64,000 nt of DNA from Anthoceros angustus (lineage: Eukaryota > Plantae > Anthocerotophyta): NCBI GenBank assembly GCA_010909165.1, contig MU008151.1, positions 496,001 through 560,000 on the forward strand, given 5' to 3'. Positions 1-9,179 of this stretch are shown here, in pieces. The notes below the pieces were generated by a model. It saw only the letters and a list, made by a program, of their open reading frames with translations, was not told the origin of the DNA and searched no databases. Positions within the stretch are counted from its first letter, which is position 1. The number at the start of each line of letters is the position of its first letter. Position numbers and translations under genes: made by a program.

Positions 1-12
1 CCTTTTATGCAG

Positions 13-168
13 CTGGGACCGAAGGCGGAGGATGTGCAAGCTCCTTCCAATCCCCTGTTGTTTCTCTACCGATTTGTGATTGGGAACTTGGCAGCCTTTT
101 ACTACGTCTTGGTACCAATCTACATGTGGATCAAGGATTTTATCACTCCTAAGGGTCAGCCCATCTAG
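13..168 (+). CDS. VTE3: Terminal exon of MPBQ/MSBQ methyltransferase (tocopherol/plastoquinone synthesis); gene begins upstream of the window
   Basis: Manual translation after ttttatgcag: LGPKAEDVQAPSNPLLFLYRFVIGNLAAFYYVLVPIYMWIKDFITPKGQPI*, matching the characteristic VTE3/APG1 C-terminus (LGPKxED...PIYMWIKD..PK.QPI). Confidence 0.85.
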   Translation: MGPKAEDVQAPSNPLLFLYRFVIGNLAAFYYVLVPIYMWIKDFITPKGQPI

Positions 169-743
169 GGGCCAGACAATGTACGATTTTGCTGCTCATC
201 TTAGTTACCTGCGGCGTAATTTTGGGCTTGAGCAACTGACTGACGCGGTTGCTGTCGCTTTCCATTCCGTCTCAACAGACTAGTTGGCGACGTCCATCCT
301 TTCTGTAGCAACATGTTCGTGTTGCGAGTATCAACTTTGGGTCGAATTCATGGTCCGGCTAATTACAAGCATTCGCATCCAACTTCTGACTCTGTGCCGA
401 GATCCAACACCGCCTCACCAATGGGATAACTTTACCGATTATCTCCAATGTCGGATGTAGCAAGTCGTCCTGTGGAGCCGAGCCGCATTCCATCTCATCA
501 TGCACAGACTGCGGCTGCTACTCAGCTTTCTTTGCAAAGTAGGTGAGAAAACATCACTGGAAATTCTAGGTCTGTCACTCAACCAGCTGCTGCTGCCGCA
601 TAGCCAATTTCTGGTCGAAGTATCAAGATATACACACATATGTAAATCTTTTTCTTAGGAATTGCCCAAGGAGGTAAACCGACAAGCGATCAAGCCTCTG
701 CACATGACCATGGTATAAGCATGAAGTCCCCTCGTCCATCTCT

Positions 744-3458
744 ATGGAAGTTTCATGTGGCGGTTTGGAGCTGGGTTTAGGGTTCAGGCTTAACTCCATA
801 GCGCAGGCTTGTGCGAATCTCAGAGTTGGGCACAGAGGGCGACATGGCCTCTTATTGCAACAGCTTTTATGCACCCGTCAGACACAAATTGGTGAGAACA
901 TATCAGGTCTTTTAGGAAAAGCTATCGGTGGCCTGTCTTCAGGGGCTGAACTCTTAGCAAACAAGGAAGCCTCGAGTGGCAGCAGGCTTCCAACCAATTC
1001 ATCTCGTCCGGGAGAATGTCTGGTTGGGGAAAGGAATGGTGGGCGCCAGGAGCTCTTGTTGCCAGAGTCTTTTCTGGACCACAAACTTTGGTACAAGCCA
1101 CCTTTGGTGGACGCTCAGCTAGCTGCTCTGGATATGCAGGTGGGTCGTCGTGGTCGTGGTCCTGGCCCTACATCTCAATCGGGGCTGCTGGATGAATTTG
1201 ACCTTAGCAGGCCTGCAGGTGCAGTAACTGCTCAGACGGTATGCAGACTATGTGAGCAGGGGCAGCTCACTGAGGCTGTTGAGGCTCTGGGAGTACTGGT
1301 GGAGACAGACTGTCGAATTTTCCAGTCCCTCTTTTATACTGTGCTGAAAAAATGTGCGGGTAAGAAGGATCTGGTTCTGGGTCGCCGTGTCCATGCCCTT
1401 ATCGTAAAAAAGGGGCATGAGTCGGACACTTTCCTGTGCAACCACATCCTGCGGATGTATGCTTCTCATGCCCGGTTGCAAGACGCGATGGATGTGTTCA
1501 CCATGGTGCTCAACCCAGATGCGTTCACGTGGTCTGCCATAATCTCTGCCCATGTTCAGCATGGGCAAGGTAGAAGGGCCATAGAACTGTATTATCAGAT
1601 GGGCAGGTCGAGTGTGAAGCCAGATGGCCATGTGTTCATAGCAGCTCTTCAGGCGTGTGCCAGTGTGGGAGACTTGAAAACGGGGCAACAGGTGCATGCT
1701 GATGTGGTGGCCAGTGACGTTGAGCCTGGTTTGTTCCTTTCTAGTTGCTTGGTGGACATGTATGCAAAGTGCGGCAGCCTCGAGGATGCGCAGGGTGTGT
1801 TTGATGAACTTGGCCAGAAGGATGTGGTGACATGGACCAGTTTGATAACAGGATATTCTCAGCAGGGCATGGGTCAGAAAGCTCTTCATCTTTACAGTTC
1901 AATGCAAGAAGAAGGCGTGGTGGCACCTGATGCTGTTACATTTGTGTCCCTCCTCCAGGCATGTGCAAGTGTGGGTAATTCGGGCTTGGAGATGGGGAAG
2001 CAGCTTCATGCACAGATTGGAGAGCAAGGTCTTCAGGCTGATGTAGTTGTGGGTTGCAGCCTGGTGAACATGTATGCAAAATGTGGCAGCCTTAAGGATG
2101 CCCAGAGCGTGTTTGACAAACTTTCTCAGAAGAATGTGGTGACGTGGAATGCCATGATAGCAGGATACTCCCAGCAGGGCATGGGACAGGAAGCCCTTCA
2201 TCTTTACGGTGTTATGCAACAAGAAGGCGTGATTGCACCTGATTCTGCCACCTTTGTTTCCCTCCTGCAGGCATGTGCAAGTGTGGGTAACCCGGCTTTG
2301 GAGAGGGGGAAGCAGCTTCATGGACGGATTGGAGAACAAGGACTTCAGGCTGATGTGGTTCTCACCAACAGTTTAGTGAACATGTATGCAAAGTGTGGCA
2401 GCCTAGAGGATGCTCAGGGTGTATTTGATGGACTTGAGCAAAAAAATGTGGTGACATGGACCACTCTGATAGGAGGATATTCCCAGCAGGGCATGGGTCA
2501 GGAAGCCCTTCGTCTCTACAGTCTTATGGAAGCAGAAGGCATCGCTATAGCCGATTCTGTCACATTTGTATGCCTCCTGCAGGCTTGTGCAGATGTGGCA
2601 GCTCTGCATCGGGGAAGGGAGCTTCATCTTGAGATTCAAGAGCAAGGGCTCCAATCTGATGTGTTTGTGGCCATCAGTTTGGTAAACATGTATGCAAAAG
2701 CTGGGAGCATGAGTGATGCACAGCAGGTGTTTGATGCATTGCCCGAAAGAGACATTGTTGCCTGGAACGCCCTGATTGCTGGATACACCCGTCAAGGAGA
2801 CAGTAAGCTGGTCTTTAAGTTGATTCACCGGATGAAGGAGAATGGCATACCGCTAAACGGGATCACATTCCTCAGTATACTTACAGTGTGCAGTCATTCA
2901 GGTCTAGTCGACAAGGGGCAAGAATTTTTTGACGCTATGAGCAGACACCATGGCATTACTCCCACCCTGGAGCACTACACGTGCATGGTGGATCTCCTGG
3001 GTCGTGCAGGCCAACTCGACGAAGCACTAACAATGGTGAGCACGATGCCTGTACCGCCTGACGCTGCAGTTTGGCACACTTTATTGGGCGCCTGTGCAAA
3101 GTGGAGCAACGTGGAGATGGGACGCCGTGCTTTCGATAAAACAGTGAAGCTAAACGGAAGTGATGCTGCAGCATATGTGTTGATGTCAAACATATATGCC
3201 GGTGCCCAGATGTGGGACGAGGCAGAGAAGATGCAGGCCTGGAGAAAAGGAATTGGGGCATGGAAGCCACCAGGCCAGAGCTGGTGGACAGATTTGGGTG
3301 GACTGGTGCATACTTTTGTGGTTGGGGATGTCAAGCATCCCGAGAGTGCAGGTATATATGCAAGGCTTGAACAGCTTGGTCCCAGAATGAAGGAAGAAGG
3401 GTACGTCCCACATCTGGACATGTCATCGGGGGACATGTTTATGTTCACCAACTTGTGA
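744..3458 (+). CDS. PLS-class PPR protein with E1/E2 domains and a truncated WW-type DYW N-terminal part (E+-like); organellar RNA-editing factor family
   Basis: 904-aa single ORF with P-L-S triplets (VVTWNAMIAGY / TFVSLLQACA / LVNMYAKCGSL), P2-L2-S2 (HYTCMVDLLGRAG), E domains and the box KPPGQSWW..HTFVVGD..HP..GYVP. It stops before any HxE/CxxC motif. Confidence 0.93.
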   Translation: MEVSCGGLELGLGFRLNSIAQACANLRVGHRGRHGLLLQQLLCTRQTQIGENISGLLGKAIGGLSSGAELLANKEASSGSRLPTNSSRPGECLVGERNGGRQELLLPESFLDHKLWYKPPLVDAQLAALDMQVGRRGRGPGPTSQSGLLDEFDLSRPAGAVTAQTVCRLCEQGQLTEAVEALGVLVETDCRIFQSLFYTVLKKCAGKKDLVLGRRVHALIVKKGHESDTFLCNHILRMYASHARLQDAMDVFTMVLNPDAFTWSAIISAHVQHGQGRRAIELYYQMGRSSVKPDGHVFIAALQACASVGDLKTGQQVHADVVASDVEPGLFLSSCLVDMYAKCGSLEDAQGVFDELGQKDVVTWTSLITGYSQQGMGQKALHLYSSMQEEGVVAPDAVTFVSLLQACASVGNSGLEMGKQLHAQIGEQGLQADVVVGCSLVNMYAKCGSLKDAQSVFDKLSQKNVVTWNAMIAGYSQQGMGQEALHLYGVMQQEGVIAPDSATFVSLLQACASVGNPALERGKQLHGRIGEQGLQADVVLTNSLVNMYAKCGSLEDAQGVFDGLEQKNVVTWTTLIGGYSQQGMGQEALRLYSLMEAEGIAIADSVTFVCLLQACADVAALHRGRELHLEIQEQGLQSDVFVAISLVNMYAKAGSMSDAQQVFDALPERDIVAWNALIAGYTRQGDSKLVFKLIHRMKENGIPLNGITFLSILTVCSHSGLVDKGQEFFDAMSRHHGITPTLEHYTCMVDLLGRAGQLDEALTMVSTMPVPPDAAVWHTLLGACAKWSNVEMGRRAFDKTVKLNGSDAAAYVLMSNIYAGAQMWDEAEKMQAWRKGIGAWKPPGQSWWTDLGGLVHTFVVGDVKHPESAGIYARLEQLGPRMKEEGYVPHLDMSSGDMFMFTNL

Positions 3459-4153
3459 GCCGGAATGTCGACGCTTTCACAAGTTTGTACACGTCAATTC
3501 TCGTCTCCCACTTGGATTGAGTAGTGATTTTTGACCCTAAGCCACGAGACATGACGTGATCCATAGGGAGGCATCCGCACCTTCTTGTTCCCTACGCTTC
3601 GGCTACCTCGGCTAGCGGAGACAAACAGAATGGACAAAAGGGAACAGAGCTGGAACGGGAGCTCATTTTCAGATAAGTAGTTGAACAAGAACAAGAACAA
3701 GAACAAATTGGTGAGTATTCTTTCGCTGCGATATAGAACTTCATCTGAACTGCCGAGCTGCTGCTCGTCCCATCTTGATTTCAGATGCCGCTAGTACTGT
3801 AAAGCAAAATGACACCTAGTATGTACCGCTCACACTGCCTAGGAAGGGATCTCAGCAGTGCGTCAGAGCTGCACATGTATGAAAAAACGGCGATCAGCAC
3901 ACTTGCATCTGATCGAAATACGGGAGCTGGACAGGGCAAGCCTGGCTGCACAAAATAAACTCCCGTTTCACAATCTGCAACCTGATCAATACGCGCTTAA
4001 ACTGATGCGGACGTCCTTGAAGATGTTGGCTACCACACCATCGGCTGCCATGGCCAGCCGCGCGAAGCAGGAGAGCAGCAGCACGGGCAACGGCGGCCAG
4101 GGGCAGGGGCAGCACCACGAAGCGGGAGGCCATTAAGCCAGCTGCTGACCACC

Positions 4154-4236
4154 ATCTAGCCGTATCCGAGCTCTGGAAGCTTCACCTGTAGAAGCTACCG
4201 TGTCGTGAAACTTCCAGCGCTCGGATATGGCAAGAT
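4154..4236 (+). other. Imperfect inverted repeat / pre-miRNA-like hairpin (~32-bp arms, ~19-nt loop)
   Basis: atctagccgtatccgagctctggaagcttcac pairs with gtgaaacttccagcgctcggatatggcaagat, with 3 mismatches and a G:U pair on the + strand. Confidence 0.6.
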
Positions 4237-4320
4237 CGTCGTCAAACTCGTATCCAACACTCCACCCTTCGTTGAGTCTCGAACTTTGCGCTAGTCGTCC
4301 CAGGGATGGGCGCCCCGGCC

Positions 4321-4374
4321 TCTTATAAATGTGTGTCCAAATGGCTTAGGCCAAATGGACACACATTTATAAGA
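4321..4374. repeat. Near-perfect palindrome (19-bp perfect arms)
   Basis: tcttataaatgtgtgtcca ... tggacacacatttataaga, with inner quasi-palindrome tggcttaggcca. Confidence 0.85.
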
Positions 4375-4574
4375 ACGCCGTGATTAAGGATCTGAGCTTA
4401 GATCGGTACTTAGATGGGGTGCTTAAAGGGCGTGGATGCCCTTGGTGCAATTAGCTTAGGCACACCATGGTACAAGTTGTTAAGTACAAAGTCCATGACG
4501 GAAATCCGTCCTTAGTGGACTTAAATAAAATTCTTTTTCTTCTTCTCCCCTGTGTAAGTTCTTCCGTCTGAAAC

Positions 4575-5247
4575 GACATGGATAGCACCTCATTCTAGTA
4601 CTGATCCATTTTTAAAAGGCCATAAGACAAGGCGGGGACAGCACCCCATTCGAGTACTGATTCCTTCCTAAAGGCCATAAAACTGGACATGGATAGCACC
4701 TTATTCTAGTCCTGATCCACCTCATTCTAATACTGATCCATTTCAAAAGGCCATAAAACAGGGCGGGGATAGCACCCCATTCGAGTACTGATTCCTTCCT
4801 AAAGGCCATAAAACAGGACATGGATAGCAGCTTATTCTAGTACTGATCCTTTCCTAAAGGTCATCAAATACCGTACCCCGAGGGGTGATTTGACATTAAT
4901 CAATTAAAATTAATAAAATTTGAAAATCTCAAAATTATTATACTTAAAATGTTGAATATGTAAACATTTATGAGTTTAAGATGTCGAAAACAAGAAAACT
5001 AGGGTTTGTGTGGAAAATTAGGGCATGTTTAAGGGAGGTCTATACATATCCATTGGTTTTATATATATACCTATGTATTTTAATAAATTCTAAAATTTGA
5101 TAAAATTATTTTTCATAAATATTGAATATTTGAAAAATATAAATATTTATCTTGAACCTTTTTTTCAAAAAATAATTATTTCGGCATTATCCTGTTGAAC
5201 CACCCCTCGGGGTACGGTAGACATGCATAGCACCTCATTCTAGTATT
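4575..5247. repeat. ~55-bp minisatellite (alternating A/B units), interrupted by a MITE
   Basis: Recurring gatagcacc(t/c)cattc(t/g)agtactgat...aaaggccataa with spacing 55-56 nt; the unit resumes after 5219. Confidence 0.8.
4871..5217. mobile_element. MITE (Tc1/mariner-pogo type), 347 bp, TA target-site duplication
   Basis: ta|ccgtaccccgaggggtg ... cacccctcggggtacgg|ta: 17-bp perfect TIRs, AT-rich non-coding interior, TA on both sides. Confidence 0.88.
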
Positions 5248-5504
5248 CTTCCGTCCATAAAGAAATTGTGAACGGTTAATTGTGGAGTTCTTATGGACTC
5301 ATTTGTGTGTCCCTCCATTGTAACCTGGAGACTTCATCATGAAAAAGAGATTGGGAAACCCATCTATCCATGGGGAACAACCCGTAGGAGGGCACAACCC
5401 TTAGGAGAATGTGGAGACTTTATAAAAAAACGAGATGGAAAATCTCATCTACCCCCAGGCAAAAGGGGACAACCCACGACAGAGCAATATGAAGTAGGAC
5501 TATA

Positions 5505-5729
5505 TATGCATGTCACATAAGTTAAAGAATCCCCTTGTAAAGGGCACCTGGGCTTGAAAATTATCTCCAAAACGATGATCCTTAGATAAAGATAAAGAGG
5601 GAAAATGTAGAAGTGATATGCATGTCACATAAGTTAAAGAAGCCCCTTGTAAAGGGCACCTCGGCTTGAAAATTATCTCCAAAACGATGATCCTTAGATA
5701 AAGATAAAGAGGGAAAATGTAGAAGTGAT
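5505..5729. repeat. ~112-bp direct tandem duplication
   Basis: tgcatgtcacataagttaaaga...gggaaaatgtagaagtgat occurs twice back to back, nearly identical. Confidence 0.9.
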
Positions 5730-7329
5730 CACCTTTTCCATCTCAATCCTATTCTATCTTCATGGTACTTAAACTTCGAATTTTTTTTTAATTTTGGTAT
5801 CTACACACATAAATCATCTCCATCTCAGTCTTATTCCACCTTCTTGACATTTGACCCCGATATTTTATATTTATTCTGATATGTACACATGAAATCATTA
5901 GCTTGTGAACTACTTCACTTTCAATCGTATTTTAGTTATGGTTGAGCTTTCAACCTAAATTTTCTTATTTTATTTTTATGCTATTTAAAAGGTATTAAAA
6001 AGGATTTATCCTTTTTTTATTGCATGCGAGAAGTCAATTACTCTTTTTCTTCACGAAGTGAAGATATTCACTAGCAAAGTGTATATATGTGATGCTTAGA
6101 CTTCCATTTTGTATTGCATTTTGATGACCCCATTTAGTATAGAATATATAGTTGATTGTTACTCGGTCTTTTTCCTTTTGTGCAAGACTTGTTTCATGCT
6201 CATAGTGTTCATTTTGCCCATGTTGTTCTTGGTATCTTGGTTTGTTCTTTGTAGATTTTCTCCTCCTACTTCCTTGGAGTTTTCCTACTTCCATTCTTTA
6301 GGAGTCCTTTAGCATTAAAAATTACCTGCCTAAACTATTTCTTCTCGTTTTATTTCTTTTGCTCATGAATACGAATACTTACTCTTCTAAACATTAGTAT
6401 GGCATCCACATTTCTTTGCATAGGTTGTCTAGCACCAGGTATTGCTTCTCGTAAAAGAAGTCATGAGGTTAAGAGGTTCCCCAATGGAGACTTAATCCCG
6501 CACTTGGAGTTCCTTGTGCTGAAGGGGCTTAGGTGGTATGTTATTTGATCGTATTGGGATGGGCTATGTAATTCTTGAGAGCTTAAGGCATCCTTATTAA
6601 GAGGGGATAAGAAGGCCTCACTCCATCATGATCAGATAAAAAGAGTATCTAACCCTTTTATCACAAGAAACGTCCCGGTGAATGGATTAAACTATAATTG
6701 GGGACTTCTTGCCACTATGAAGCCTTTCCACGAGACTATCTTATACAGGTCATGCCATTACTCAGTAGAAATGGAGTGATGAGGTTGAGGGTTCTCAATT
6801 GAGACATATCCCTCAATTACTTAGGACCCTTGCGCACTACCAGCAGTTTGGAAGCTTAGTTCGGCCATTTCGGTTTAGTTCCAAGCCAAGTTCGCATCGA
6901 GTTGAGCTCGAACCGGTGCACGGATATAATCCGTCGTGACAACCACCTCACTGACAATGTGCTGACGTAGAAAGTAATGATTGGCTGCCAGTTCGGTTTC
7001 TTCCATTAGAGACCCCAAATTGAACCGCCATAGATTACCCACGGTTCATACGAGCTAAGATGAGGAAAACAATAGCCGTTGTCTCCTTCGTTGTTGAGAC
7101 TATAGATGTGAAAACCGGTGGAGCGAAGCGTATAACATACCATCGGCCTTTGGTAAACACCCGACGAATAATATTGAAGAGAGTACATCAAATACTCTTA
7201 CCCTTTTACAAATGAGGGTCAAGAATTATCATCCATAGTGTCGAGTTAGTGGGCCGAGGAATGGAGGATTCCTAGAGAAGAGCCAAGTGCGCCTGCCCAT
7301 AATGCTTCTCCAGGATGGACGTTTGAAGC

Positions 7330-8400
7330 CCACACAGCCCAACCTCGGGGAGCGAGGAAAAATGAGGCAGAGTAATCCTAGTCTCTAAGGATAAAGATCC
7401 CCTGGCCAATCTTAAGCACGTCTGCAGGGAAAAAGCTCCTGTCTCAACGCCTGAGACGAAGGCCTCCAAGATACGTGAATCCAGGATTAAGAAACGGGAG
7501 GCCAGGATGGGGTAGAGAGGGCCCCGCTCCCTAAGGAAGTCGCCGGCGTGTGTAAAGGCCTCCGTAGCCCAGCAGACCAGTGCCCCCAAAAGCAAAAGGG
7601 AAAGGGAGCAGGTTCCTGGATTCTGGTCTGGCCCAGTATCCAAGTATTCCGCATCGCACCATCAACATTTTCTTTTTCCACTGCGATAAGATTTCACTTA
7701 GGTTTGGTCCAACCTCTTTCTCAACATGTAGCTATGGGGGCCCCGCTCGACGACTATAGAACCCACCTGGTTGGCTGTCCCGTTGGTGGGAAGCGCATTC
7801 CTACACATGATGCCGTTCGGGACGTCATGTTCTCGATGGCTAAGGAGAGTGAGTTCTTTCCCTTTAGAGAGTGCGCATACACCCTACTCAATAACGTTTC
7901 TCTCAGGTCTGACCTATGTTAAATCCGAGGGGACCAGGGTTCGGTTGTTGATGTGGTGGTAACAAACCCTACCCAGGATAGTGTCTGCTAGCATGCAATC
8001 CTCAACCCTCCGGGTTGGGCGGCGGAGGGATGCGCGACAGCAAAGGTCCACAAGTACTCTCACATGTAGCATAAGGATGGCCGCACCTTTATCCCTTCTG
8101 GCATCGAGACTCACAGGACTATGCATAAGGATTTTTCTAGGTTCGTCAAGGCCTATACCAAGGCTTTCCACAATCGCAAGAATGAGGGTGGTCTCCCCCT
8201 TTCTTATATTGTGGCTTTCTTCAGCAATAGATGTCCATCGCCCTGTAGAGGGCGTTGGCGAATGCGGTGTACGGGACAGCGGCAAGCGCTGGGATGTGGC
8301 ATCTTCGGCCCTTGTGGTAAGTAGGCTTTTTCATATCCCTAACCACGAAATTCTTCGCACTGTAAGTAATTTCGGGATGAGCGATCACAGGGGTTAGTCC
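7330..8400 (+). mobile_element. Degenerate 3' part of a CRE-like (RLE-class) non-LTR retrotransposon
   Basis: Fragments GAGSWILVWP..FRIAPSTF..AIRFHLGL, HLVGCPVGGKRIPTHDAVRDVM (Cys/His..HD.VRD motif preceding the restriction-like endonuclease) and DVVVTNPT..FIP; stops and frameshifts present. Homologous to the minus-strand element at 9.2-15.9 kb. Confidence 0.7.
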
Positions 8401-8579
8401 CCCTTGGTACAGTGCTCTTTTTGGGTTGTTCCCCCCTTTTTTGGGGGTAGATGGGATTTCCTATTTCGTTTCTTTACCTAAAGTCTCCACATTCACGAAT
8501 TAGCAACTAAAATATAAGGTCGAAAGTGCCTATTATAGTTTTTGTTAATTTTGTGGCTTGCGATGATCAGTCTCGGCTC

Positions 8580-8731
8580 TATTTTAGATGACCATTGGTT
8601 GCCATTGGTTGCCATTGGTTGCCATTGGTTGAAGACTCCCTGGAATTGTTCAAAGTATTTTAGATGACCATTGGTTGCCATTGGTTGCCATTGGTTGCCA
8701 TTGGTTGAAGACTCCCTGGAATTGTTCAAAG
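8580..8731. repeat. Two ~76-bp units, each containing four copies of the 10-mer ccattggttg
   Basis: attttagatga(ccattggttg)x4aagactccctggaattgttcaaagt occurs twice. Confidence 0.9.
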
Positions 8732-9179
8732 TCCTCAACTGCCACCCTCCTGATTAGAGCTAGGTCCAACATTGGTGTTGGTTTGCGGACCTCTGGGGTT
8801 TTTCGCTCTCTTCCAACGTCTTTGTTCTCTTCGGGATCCTTCTTTCTTGCGGCTTAGTTGGTTATCCTTGTTTTTTGCTTAGTTTAAGATCTTGACCTTC
8901 AGGCTAAGGTGAGAAAGCTCGAAGGAGAAAATTCAAAAGCTTCCTTAAAAGGAACTTTGTACCCATGCCCCAAGATATGGGTATCGTCAGCCACTAATGG
9001 ATACAGGCATCCCCACACCGAGGAGGCAGATAATGACAAAGTCCTGAAGTGCGCCATAACGAAGAGGGCACCCTCCAAAGGTCATCTTGTCTTGTGCCCA
9101 TGTAGATAGTAGAGGTTAAAGGGAGACCTTTAGAAAGAGCTAAGATTCTACCGCTTTGACAGAGTCCTACATACTAATC

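Noticed and set aside
3700-4136. Short GC-rich ORFs (3858-4136 +, 3894-4133 -), possibly the first exon of a minus-strand gene
   Set aside because: No homology recognised and no supported splice model.
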